From NCBI GenBank assembly GCA_964187785.1, contig OZ076409.1, forward strand, positions 67,830,001 through 67,894,000: a DNA stretch of 64,000 nt. The letters are read 5' to 3'. The translations under genes were made by a program, and so were the position numbers. This DNA is from Amphiscolops sp. MND2022. Lineage: Eukaryota. The notes below the pieces were generated by a model. It saw nothing but the letters and a program-made list of their open reading frames with translations, was not told the origin of the DNA and made no database searches. Numbering within the stretch: position 1 is the first letter of the stretch; each line of letters starts with the position of its first letter. Positions 49,201 to 59,800 of this stretch are shown here, one piece after another.

Positions 49201-52200
49201 AAACGAACAAGCCGGGACCGGCCCAAGTCGGCGCCATATCCAAGGCTCAAAAATAGCAAAAAGACTTCCAAGTGTCAAGTACTCTTTTACAGTACTCGAA
49301 AATCGAAATTTTTTGAAAAAAAAATTTTTCGAAAAAATTACATACTCAAAAAACTGGACCGAGTGGCGCGCCGGGGCTCGCTAGCGCGAGCCCCTGGCGC
49401 GCTAAAGTCTCACAATGCCGAAAAACTGAAAGGGGGGACCCTTTGTGGTTTTTCAACATCCATTCTGTCGCAAAACATGAAAAAATTGAAGAAAACAAAA
49501 ATTTTCATTTTCGGGAAAAAATCTCACAATGCCGAAAAAAAACTGAAAGGGGGACCCTTTGGGATTTTTCAACATCCATTCTGTCGCAAAACATCAAAAA
49601 ATGCAGGGGGGACCCTTTGGGGAAAATTTTTTTTTCGAAAAAAAAGTCTCGCAGTGCCGAAAAAAATGAAAGGGGGGAGTCTTTGGTCTCGCCCGGTATG
49701 GTATGTTACGCGGAAAAACAGGAAAAACCTTTTTGGTTCAGTTCGCTAGACCAAATAGTGCATTTTGATGCAATAATATATTGTAGAACTTTTGTAGAAC
49801 TATTTTGGTCAGTTCGTGTGGATAGAAAAAAAAGAGTAACTATAATAGTCGCGTTTCACTTCATGAAGCGCCGACTAAAAAACGGAACGCAAAAAAAATC
49901 GAGCGTTCAAAGTTTCAAATATTTGTCAACAACGCTTCAAACCATGAAAGTGTTGCACACCATGTTTCAAAAACTTTCATTACTTGAAGGTCAGAACGAA
50001 ATGACGTAGTAAAGACGTCCAGACTACAGTAGGCTACCGAAAATTCGCGCACAGCATTTTTTTTTCGATCAGAGCGGTAAACAACAAACTATCAACCTCA
50101 CAAAACTATCCTAGTTGAGATTGTTTGAACTTTTTACATGCTGCATGGAAACATGCAGGCTGATTTTTTGCAAAACATGGAAAATTCCGGGAGCTTGCAT
50201 GGAAACATTTTGTAGGATTACAATGCAGCTTCCACTCTTTGAATTAAAACTGAAAACATTTCCACTTCTTCACTGCCGCGATCACTTTGTTTCCACATGT
50301 AAGTTTCTCAAGTAAGTACCTTATGTAATTACCGTTAGTCAAATAGCACGTTGAATATCACTACTTTGAAACTTATATTGTGACTTTATTTGCATTGCAA
50401 TCTCGGTAACATTGATGAAGGTCTCAGCGGCTTTCAAAATTACAACTTCGTCCTAATGAAACCTGCAAAACTTTGCGGCGCAAAGTTGCCGCCAAACTTA
50501 GGATGCATCTTATAGGCAGCTTGATAAAATCAATTCGAATCAGTGAAGTTTTATTGCATGGACGTTTCTTTGAGAATTGCATAAAATCATGGAAAATTAG
50601 CTTGGTAACCTACAAAAACATGTAAAAAGTGCGAGCAGTTCCAACCAGGGTATTGAACAGATCAGTCAGATTGAAACAATCAATTTATGATCATAGACTT
50701 TTCTGAAATTAATTTTCGCCATGGGCGATGCTCCTCGTGGAGCCAAATTTTACTCAATGGGAAATCCACAACGTTACCGTTACTTTCCTTCCAAGCATCA
50801 CTATGGCACGCTATTTTTTCTATTCACAATTCTATTTTTATACTTATCGGAAATTCTGCTGCCTAAAGTTAGTATTGTAATTTTCAAAATTTAACAGCTC
50901 GGTCTAACAACCCTAACAAAACCAACTTACCCTGCCATCGTTTTTTGGCAAGCGGGCTGAGAGATAATTCAAACCTAATTTGCGGAGAATAGCTAAATTT
51001 TGATCGAAACTGTCATTTATTACTCTCATGTTTTCGAGTGTTTGGAAGTAAAAATTATTTTCCAAAAAGGTTTTCGCACTAATTTGGCATTGATAAATGT
51101 GGCATTGATATATCTAAAGGTATCTGTATTGCTTTGTTTTTAAGACCATTTCAATAAAAATAGGAATTTTTTGAGATCTTGATCAAATTAAGGAATAAAA
51201 AACTGGGAAAAAACAGCACTGTGAACTTCAATTTATTGAATTAGGGTGAGGGCTTGGATTGAGAAATGTTAGTGAACGAAACCAACACCAAACCATGGAT
51301 TTCCACGAAAACTTGTTTTTATCGTTAAAAATTTGAGAAGTCTGTAAAATACTAAGTGTGCGTAAACTTTTAATACCCCGGCGATTCTTTGACTGTTTGA
51401 GCCGTCCTAGTTGAAAATGTGATTACCTAGCAAGAGCTTCATTCTGGATTACTTCAAAAAATTTAGAGAACTTCCGCGTCTTGTTCACATATACAATTCT
51501 GAAGCGGCAAAGTTTTGCGCGTTCCGTTTTTTTGTCCACAATGTATGAACTATTTCCGCCTTTGATAGACATAACAGTAGAAAATTATTACCTTAAACCC
51601 GGTTTAAGTTTCCATTCCCATTTGATTGAACGAAGGTCCTGTCCAAGTAAAGTTGATTTCAAATAGGGGCCTTTTTCAGAGTGCAGGAGTATCTAAAAAC
51701 GAACCCGGAATACAATCAGAAGAGAGCGCAGCAAGGATGCAAGATAATGAAAAATACCGAAGAAATCCCAAGTAAATTTTGTGAAATTATTCGGATACTT
51801 CCACAAGAGCAAAATTGGCGGTCGTTTCTGGTAGACTACGACTCTGTCATGAAATTCTCTCATTAAAAAATTAAAACTTTTTCCAGAGTTTTTGAGAAGA
51901 GTTGTTGAGAAACATTTCACAGACTCAAATGTTCCATGCGTTGTCAATCTTGGAGTCACAAAAAAAGTAACTTTTTCAATCTATTCGAATGTTGAGCATG
52001 TCAGAATTTTGAATCATATTTAATTTGATTTTTTTAAAAAATGGCCACTTTCAACCAGGTATATAAGAAGATGTAAATTAACCAAGGAAACAACTGTTGT
52101 ATAAATAAGTGAATGTTTAGAAGATGTCTATTGAAAACCCTTAGCAGAAAACCTGATCATTATTTCTCAATGAACTGAAAAAATTTAGATATTTTCCTGT

Positions 52201-52660
52201 AAAACAAAAGGATGTCGTCCAATGTTTAAACATGATAAACTCAAACTAATTTTCAACCTCAAATTAATTACATCGCGTGGCCATCGGACGCCCATCGGTA
52301 ATTGGGACTGTTTGGGTTGGTAATCGCCCATGGGACTGTTTTTCAATTTATGATCAATGTTTCGTGATGGGCCGACTTTGAGAATCGATGGTTTCCATGT
52401 GACTGTAACGGAGATTTCATTGCATTGGCAACAAAAACTAAATTTAGATATGTTCATATCATGCATTCGAAACTTCTATTGTTACAGCAGAAGCGAAATG
52501 TAGCAATGATGAAAACGGGAACACCTGTGAGTCAGCCTTAGAAAGACAACTGGACAAATTGTTCCAAACTATGGCACAAATGGACAAGAGAATGCAGCGG
52601 ACGGAAGATATGATGAGAACGTTTCTTCAATCAAATGAAAATTCTGATGAAAAATACTGA
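36712..52660 (+). CDS. TRPM: TRPM-like transient receptor potential cation channel, 11 coding exons, ~1061 aa: 36712-37211, 38475-38949, 40358-40466, 41517-41560, 41969-42866, 45161-45373, 46451-46609, 47804-48191, 48883-49017, 51680-51771, 52488-52660
   Basis: All junctions are GT-AG and phase-compatible, 3186 nt in total. MHR/SLOG motifs EWKLPEPWSSITVVG, VLPW and LDSNHYIFVDD; EALLNDQ; CLTLAEGGHFKAFIAQNGCQ. S2-S3 EEGRQ...YFGNKWNIAD; S4-S5 LGPKIAMISKMTKDL; pore FRPLFEMLGE; S6 NVLLLNLLIAMFN; TRP domain YWKFYR...RPLLPPPFIIISH; C-terminal coiled coil. Confidence 0.9.
37640..38040 (-). mobile_element. Degenerate HINE-like repeat (same broad family as 49206-49878)
   Basis: tctcatagtgcc...aaagggggac...tctcgtccggttttgtat core, ending aagcgccgagtaaa; left boundary approximate. 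Confidence 0.55.
38475..38949 (+). CDS. TRPM-like exon 2 (SLOG/MHR2)
   Basis: ttacag| acceptor; DKVVAFSVLPWSSI...LDSNHYIFVDD; donor gttcgt at 38950. Confidence 0.78.
39638..39879 (+). mobile_element. tRNA-core HINE-like repeat, copy 2
   Basis: Aligns along its length with 36447-36682 (gtgcgtctgcctg.cagacacga...gggttc...ggcggaaaa...cccggtgcttagc..cgtcttgtt). Confidence 0.65.
40358..40466 (+). CDS. TRPM-like exon 3
   Basis: tttag|PAIERIQTIKVQCTYIYTLMSESFLNRNLIETVERL|gtac; phase 0 in and phase 1 out, which fits both neighbours. Confidence 0.55.
40969..41168. other. Assembly gap (200 N) within predicted intron 3
   Basis: Run of N; the true size is unknown and could hide exons. Confidence 0.99.
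41517..41560 (+). CDS. TRPM-like exon 4 (44-nt mini-exon)
   Basis: Strong pyrimidine tract ttctcttattgttttcag|; (G)YKTRFLSQKWSHLW|gtaatt; restores phase 1 to phase 0. Confidence 0.55.
41969..42866 (+). CDS. TRPM-like exon 5 (MHR3/4, pre-S1, S1)
   Basis: tttcag|GLLFEALLNDQ...FYEAAMVKYTLNIISNVILLILFTHVVLI|gttag. Confidence 0.9.
42997..43690 (-). mobile_element. HINE-like repeat, partial
   Basis: Starts aacaagcgggaccagcccaagtcggcgc, with repeated cagtgccgaaaa/aaaggggaccc core; right boundary approximate. Confidence 0.6.
45161..45373 (+). CDS. TRPM-like exon 6 (S2-S3)
   Basis: aatag|LQEKPTAAEWILIFWMVTLASEEGRQF...WNIADASAVLFLGCGFILRFFPSP|gtaag. Confidence 0.9.
46451..46609 (+). CDS. TRPM-like exon 7 (S4, S4-S5 linker)
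   Basis: tttcag|...FFIRFTSVFSMSNRLGPKIAMISKMTKDLADFMCIAS|gtacg. Confidence 0.9.
47804..48191 (+). CDS. TRPM-like exon 8 (S5, pore, S6, TRP box)
   Basis: ttttag|YMIAYGVAVQAL...FRPLFEMLGE...NVLLLNLLIAMFNNRY...YWKFYRLRVILEFYS|gtaag. Confidence 0.92.
48883..49017 (+). CDS. TRPM-like exon 9 (LPPPF motif)
   Basis: ttttag|(R)PLLPPPFIIISHVHLL...EKWEEQ|gtaaat. Confidence 0.88.
49206..49878 (-). mobile_element. DINE-1/HINE-like element, full length, in TRPM intron 9
   Basis: aacaag, then hairpin gccgg-ga-ccggc, subTIR agtcggcgc ... gcgccgact, then an A-run. Internal tandem units (tctcacaatgccgaaaaa...ctgaaaggggg...accctttg); the K/F-rich ORFs here are artefacts. Confidence 0.8.
51680..51771 (+). CDS. 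TRPM-like exon 10
   Basis: tttttcag|(R)VQEYLKTNPEYNQKRAQQGCKIMKNTEEIP|gtaaat; phases 2 and 1. Confidence 0.7.
52488..52660 (+). CDS. TRPM-like exon 11 (terminal coiled coil, stop)
   Basis: ttacag|(T)EAKCSND...LERQLDKLFQTMAQMDKRMQRTEDMMRTFLQS...EKY*; homologous to 14225-14460. Confidence 0.8.
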
Positions 52661-53647
52661 AGACAGTGAAACAAAAACAGAAACAGTTAATTTCATTTCA
52701 TTAGTTCACCTCGGATGAAAAAGTATATAAATATTTTCGTGACTCTGTCGTGACTCGAGAGAACTTTCTCTTGGATTCTCGACTAATTTCGCTCAAGTTG
52801 TTTAAATTAATTGTAAACCTACATGTATACCATGCCCGGACAGTTGCTCGCTCCTTCAGGATTTGGTTCTGGTCCCATGGATGCAGATTCACCATATGTG
52901 TTCGTGATATCCCTTAGACGATCTAAGCTGAATCTCAACGTGAACCTGACAAATTGCCTTTTCGTGTATCTCTAAATCAATACCTCTCTGTATACTTGTT
53001 GAGCTAGAAACTTGGTGGCTGGCATTTTCCGAAAAGGGAATTTCTATAATATTTTCTCTGAACTAATTGTTTTCCCTTTGATTTCTGGTTCTAATCGTGA
53101 CCAGCAAAGTGTTCAAAAAGTTTGCTAAAGAGCAATAAATGGTAATTTTTTGAACCCTTTTTTAGCAATTTTCGGACAACTAAGGGCTTTTTTGATAACA
53201 AATTTGATTTTTTGTTGAACTACTCCAATGTTTCTATATTTTTTTGCTGAATTTTCCAGAAATTCATACCCACAGATCCATCAAAACCTGCCGGAAGAAA
53301 AAGAAAAAATATTGCATAAAACCGTTAATAAGGTGGAAATAAATTCCCATTTTTGTGTTTTGGCACACTTTGAGTCTCTTTCCAATCAGAACTTTTTCGA
53401 AAAAATGTCTTCACAAATAAACTGGGTATCAAAAAGCTAAAGGTACTTCATTTCGCTGACAAAAAATTTCAAGTCGCAAAAAATTTCTCCATAATCAAGT
53501 GCCATAAAATATTCAGGGGCGACATTCTGTTCAAATTTTGATCAGTATTACTTGAACACAAATTACCACGAAAGTTATATCACACTTTAATTTTGATTTT
53601 TAGCACTTTTTGAATTTTACAGGCTATATCTCGAAACCGCTGTTTGT

Positions 53648-54080
53648 AACAAGCAAGCCGGGATCGAAATTGCAAAAGGACTTCGAAATGTCAAGTATTC
53701 TTATATAGTACCCGAAAAACCCAAAAGTTGGACCGAACTGGCGTGCTAAAAGGGTTGAGGACCCTTTTGGAATTTTCAATATTTCTGTTGCAAAACATCA
53801 AAAACATTAAAAGGGGGACCTTTGAGAACATTGAACGTTTTTCAAAAAAGTCTCACAACGCCGAAAAAATTGAAAGGGGACCCTTTAGTCTCGCCCGGTA
53901 TTGTATGTTGTGTAGAAAAGAAGGAAAAACCTTTTTGGTTCAGTTTCTTGGGCCAAATGTTTCAATTTGACACCATAAAATTTCGTAGAACTTTCACTTC
54001 CAAAAACTATTTTGGTCAGTTGGCGTGGATTGAAAAAAGGGACTATAATAGTCGCGTTTCACTTCATTAAGCGCCGACTA
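53648..54080 (-). mobile_element. HINE-like repeat copy
   Basis: Aligns with 49206-49878 (caagccggga... and gtcgcgtttcacttcat.aagcgccgacta). Confidence 0.7.
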
Positions 54081-54702
54081 AAAATACCCGAAACATACCA
54101 CCTTTCTGAATTTACACCGCATAATTATTACAAAATGCGAACGTTTCAGTTTTTTACTCGATTGAAATATTTGAAGGAATTACAGATTTTTTGGTCAGTC
54201 AGTTGAAGCTCTCCATCACTCAAAAGTCTTCAGCACGAAGACTTGTCGCCATCACGTTAATTTTGGCGTCTGGAGAATGTTCGGTGTTGGTTATACACGG
54301 TAACTTATCCATTTCACTTGAACTTTTCAGAAGTGGATTTTCAACTCTGAAAAGCTCGTTTGCCACATTGATTTAGTTTTGACGGATGAAATTTGACATG
54401 TGGCAACTTTCTGGGTTGGTAGAGGTATTGATAAAGTGCTGTGCTTGTGATATTTCGGGAACATGGTTTGCTGGAGTAGTTTTAGTAATTGCTGGAAACT
54501 CGGAATACGTTATAGTAATTTATTGGTCATTTTCGTATGGTTAATTGGTTAATTTATAACAAATCCTGGAATATCTTCCAGGATCTGTACAGATCTGTAC
54601 AGATTCGCAGGGTGTGCTCAACATGGGATTAGCGGCCGGGTTATCATTTTCCCTTTCCCACGTAAGAAAAGGGACTGAAACACTATTAAATTAGAAAGAA
54701 TT

Positions 54703-56030
54703 CCCAGCGATCGAAGACACGCTACGCTTGCCAAGATCATGGTTAATCTTGCTAAATCATGGTTAACCATGGTACCCTTGTCAAGATCAAGACTAATCAT
54801 GATACATGGAACGCTTGTCAAGATCATGACAAGATCATGGCAAGATCTTGACAAGATAGCCATGGTTTATCAAGATTCTTATCAAGGGTGCCATGTCAAA
54901 AATTCGTTTAAAACCATTTTCAGTTAACGACCGTGTCCCAACTAGTTAGAAGGCCGTATTTGACCATGGTCACCAGGATTGATGGAAATTCCCTGACGAT
55001 TGTCATAAAACGTCTAAAATTATGACAAAAAATGTCCTTTGTGTGTAAAGAACGTCTAGGTTTGGGAATGATCAACAAAATTTCTATACAAAAAGTAGAA
55101 TAGTGTCAAATTTACCGAATACGACAAATAACGTAAAGAACTTCTGAAATCTGAAAGTACGTCAAATAACGTCTGAAAATTTCACAGTGGACCCAGTGGA
55201 GAATTTTCCATTTATGTATTTCCTAGATTTTGTAATATGTTTGAGAAATATGTAAATTTTGTTTGAGAAACGAAATGTCATTAGCTCCTCTCCTAATTTA
55301 CTGTTCATCTCCCCCCAACAATTGTCAGTTATTGAAGTACTTTCGAAATTATCCGGATATTTGTTTCTAGATGACGCCTCGAAGAATTCAAAATGTCTTT
55401 CAACCAGTGATGACCATTTATAAAAAAAAATTTCGATAATTTAAATTGTAGTTATGACTTTTAATTTAATATATCAGTGATGAATAAAAATGGACATCTT
55501 TTAACATTCTTGATCTCATTGAATTAATTCATCATCCGGTGGAATGTTGTACCTTGCAGAAGACTGTATCAACGGTAGATTCCGGAAACACTTTCTCAGA
55601 ACTGAAAAGAGCGTTGACGGATGAGAAACTCTGCTCATCGACAGAGACTTGGACTCTTCGTTTTTGATCTGCTGGGTGAGATGTCTTGAAACATAGCTGG
55701 AGCTTGAGTGCATAATTCCCAAAAAAACAGCCCTTATCATTGAACCGAGTGAAAATATTGATCTGAGTGAAGAATCTGGTTGAATAGTTGAGGATTAAGT
55801 GCAGAATTTCCCAAAAAAAACGGATTTGCTACCATGGATCCTTTGTCAAGAACATGGTTAATCTTGGCATCCTTGCCAAGATCATGGTAAAACATGGTAC
55901 GCTTGGCACGATCTTGCATAATCATGGTATCCTTGGCAAGATCTTGGTAAGATCATGGTAAGATCTTGGCAAGGCTAGCTAGCGATTTACCATGGTTCTT
56001 GGCAAGCGTACCATGTCTTCGATCGCTGGG
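54703..56030. mobile_element. Non-autonomous TIR element (CCC...GGG; possibly CMC/EnSpm-like) with ~11-bp subterminal repeats
   Basis: cccagcgatcgaagaca (54703) is the exact reverse complement of tgtcttcgatcgctggg (56014-56030), and imperfect homology extends to ~45 bp. Arrays of caagatc(a/t)tgg at both ends; no transposase; TSD unclear. Confidence 0.75.
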
Positions 56031-56832
56031 AAAGTCTAAAAATCAGTATAACAGCCAGGTTCTTTCATTCGTAAAACCCGAAAGGTCTTTATTTTGAATA
56101 CTTACTCATAAGCATTTGTACCTCAGCAGTGCACTATTGTGTCTTGACAAAAACTCTGACTGTAGGAGTTGAAAACTACACGATGATAAAACTGGTTGAA
56201 GATGTCAAGACGACCGTGAATTTCTTTTGATCTGAGTGTTTTTAGTTCCCCATGACTGGGGTGGGGCAATTTATAACTGTTCATCCTTATTTTTGTCGAA
56301 ATGTTCCTTCTGCTAAATACCATCATTATGCAACTGAATCCACAACTGGTCGATACCAACATTAAATCGATTCTGGGCAACAATTTAGCAATCAATTATC
56401 TGTAGCAACGCAGTCCATCCCTGCTTTCGTTTTGTTTCTGTTTTCAAATAAGAAAAGACATTTTCCGAGCCTAAATTGGTCCCCTTCTTAAATATTTCAC
56501 ACTGTGCCAATGTTTTTCTAATAATTTAGGGTTTCCGACGCTTTCAATTCAAATGTTTTTTAAGGATGTGTTTCGAGGCTTTTTTGGTTATTTTTCTATA
56601 TTCTGACGAGAGTTTTTAAAAAAATAGTCTAGAGCATATATCTCTGCTTATGATTTTACTCTATTTGAGCCAGAAACGGGCGACCGCCTTTGGCCGTAGC
56701 CAGTTTGTGAGGTGATGGACATTGGTAATTCTTTCAGCAAATATGATGGTGTGTTTTCCAGAGAACAGTTCATTTTTCAACATTTGCCCTGGCTCGAAAT
56801 GCTTAAACTTATGCTTTTGAAGGTTACCAGCC

Positions 56833-59800
56833 TGCTGTAGCTATGCTGTGAACTGATAACGAGTTGTCAAAACGAAATGAGCTGATAACACTCTATTTCA
56901 GTAAAACCATATGGTAAAGGGTCAAATCACTCTTTTTTTGGTTTATACACTTTTTGCTTGTAAACAACATTATAATAAAATGTTCAACAACCTGTTTATT
57001 TTTAACAAAAGTCTAGATTAGTAAGTGTTCGAGAGGGCACTCTCTCACAACCCCAGTTTAGCAGGTGAATCATACAGGTTTACAGCTTGTTTATAACCCA
57101 ACTAAATATACATGTAGTTATGTGTGTATGAGCACCTGTAATTTGAATGTAGGTAACCTCAGTTCACACAGATTACACATCAGATTACAGTTTGTGCTTT
57201 AGTTTCATTCGTTCAAGCTCACGTTTAACCTCCAGTTTAGTGCCCAGTGGTTAACATTAAAGTTGGCATGTAATTGCCAGTTTCTTCCAATTGACTCTTC
57301 TGTCAAAGTTTCAAGCTTCTGGCTTCTTAGCAGCTTCTTCGGGACTCTTTTTTATATGAAAGATCATCATGTTGTGGCCGTAAAACTCTGCATCATGCCT
57401 ACTACTATCTCGTCTTCTCGGTTCCGGTTTCGGATCCGCTGGTTTGCTGCTGGTCGGCATTACTTCCTGCTCCCTCGATTGCTGTTTTTAGTCGGCGTTT
57501 TCAAAGAAAATCCCGACTCTTACAGTGGCTAGTTTTTTTCGTCAGTTCAACGCGTAACGTCCACTTTTTGTGCATTACAATGCACATTTACCAACTTTTA
57601 CCATATGTACTTAATACTTCATTTTCAACGCATCCAAAGCGTCTAACATGAGAAAAAGCGTCCCCCCTTTTACATTTTCGGCACTATGCGACTTACCGAA
57701 AACTTCGAAAAAAAATTCAAAAAGAATCGGACATTTTTTTTTCTCAATTTTTAGTTTTTTGAGAGCTTTTGTTGTCTCCAGTTGTAGAAAAAGTGGTTTT
57801 TGAGTCTTTTTGAGCCTTAGATATGGCGTCGACTTGGGCCGTTCCTGGCTTGTTTGGGTTTGATTTGTACCTCCGGGTTGTTTTTTTGTTAATTTCTTCT
57901 TCAGACTCCAGTTCTGCCATCTGTTCCCATATTGTGGGCTATCTTTTCATTTTTTAGGCTTTTATCTGCTGTTTTTTCCGTGTTTTTGTTTCAGCTCTAT
58001 CAGGGCCGGTGTTCTTTTCTTTTGCCTTGGACTGGTTTCTGCGATTACGGGTTGCGTAAATGGCGGGAAAAAGGCGATTTTTGTAATTGAGTCTCTCGTC
58101 TCGCTTTGCAGTTCCTGATTGGTTGACAAATTGCTAGTAATTGGCAACACGTCTTGTATTGCCGGCTGATTGTTGTTTGCCATTAACTTCTTTGCACCAT
58201 CTGGCGGACAGCACGGCTCATTTGCTGTTTTGTCTGTATGGCCAAAATCGCTCTTTGAAATGATAGTTGGCTGATTACTGCCCACATGCAGGAATGAAAT
58301 GGTTTGATTGGACTGTTCCAAGAGCACTGCATGCTTTTTGCACGCTGCTTCCAGCTTGCTGCCGCGTGATCGTTTTCTCCCCAGAATAGCAGATTCCTGG
58401 CCCGCATCAAAGTCAGACTCCGTTAGTAGAAGCTCTGGAGTGTCTGAAATGTTTTTTTTTCACGGTTTATAACTAATTCCTAATTGTGTTCGGTTCCACT
58501 CCAATATATTTCTCGATTGGCGATTTCGCATTTCTGGAAGGGGTAATTCGCAAGGCGAATAATATTTCTGATAACTGGGACTTATCGCTTTTCACGACAT
58601 TCTCTTTATTGGTTCTCAGTCGTTTATTTTTGTAAATTATTCTTTCAATTTTTACGATTTCCACGGTTTTCACCTACAGGATACTCAACATGATTTATTA
58701 GCAACTTCTTGCAACAATTTTTAAACGGTTTGCTTCTAAAATGGTTGCCGGATCTTATGGTTTTAGGTATACCATGTCTAGCTTTATAGATTTGCAAGAA
58801 CTCTATTACATTTTCGATTGTGGGTTTACCTAAAAACTTGGCTTCCGACCAACCCGAAAAATGGTCAGCGAACACTAGTAAGTATTTACGCGCATTTATT
58901 GCGTTTTGAAACGGCCCAGCATAATCGATAGCAATCTCTTGATTAATTTCTGAGCAACTTGGTAATTTTCCAACTTCGTTTCGCCGAAGTATAGTTTTAA
59001 CATTCTTACTGGCTCAACTGCAGTGGGGACAATTCTTTGCAATAGCCACAACGTCGAAATATAGCTTGGGCCATCATACGTTGCTAACTAATGCTAACAT
59101 ACTATCCCTACCGGGATGACCGTAATAAAGCGATCGCATAATATTTGCCGTAGTAAATTTGAAAACACGAGGCGTTCGTCCATAAACATAAAGATGTGTT
59201 CATCTTGGCTGAGGCAGCGAAACTTCTCAGGCCACGACGTTTGCAGCCGGTTGATTTTTGTAGAATCCGGATTTTTAGTTAGTCCGATCACTTGTTAAAG
59301 GAATTTGTCTGAATCGTGTTGAGAAGCGAATGTAAAATTCTCCCAAGATTGCAAGACTTCAATTTAGTTAGTTCAAATGGCATTGCGGTGTTTTTATTGA
59401 TGGCTTGTCGGCCTCTTGCATTAATGCATTGCTCATCTCTTCACTGTCGCTTGAATTCACACTTTGCTCGCTTTCTTGAATTTTTGCTGATTTTCACCCT
59501 ATCTGCTTAATTGACTGTTTGTTTGTTTTAGCTATTTCAGATTCACTCTCGCTTTGAGCTCGCTCGCAGTTTCCAAGGTCTTGCCTATTGGTTGCATCGC
59601 CTCTCCTCACCAATGTTGATTCGCTGAAACAGAAGTGTAAAGTCTGAATATTTCATTCACTGTGAACCAAATATGTCACATTTCCTCTTCTCTAATTTAC
59701 GTTTCATAAGGGTGCCGTGACTAATAATCTGCCATACCCATTGTACGACCTGGAGCGTGCCTTACTCTAAACTGGAACGGAAGCAACCTGTCCACCCACC

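Noticed and set aside
49003..50009. 248-aa and 188-aa ORFs as protein-coding genes
   Set aside because: They are K/F-rich translations of the HINE repeat inside TRPM intron 9.
47220..50660. Similar blocks at ~47220-47760 and ~50115-50660 as duplicated exons
   Set aside because: They are non-coding, diverged copies of what looks like a dispersed intronic repeat, with no open frame or splice consistency.
22030..52660. Functional link between an ADP-ribose-releasing macrodomain and neighbouring TRPM channels (TRPM2 is ADPR-gated)
   Set aside because: The element is a recent insertion with its own TSD and the channel model lacks NUDT9-H; proximity is most simply chance.
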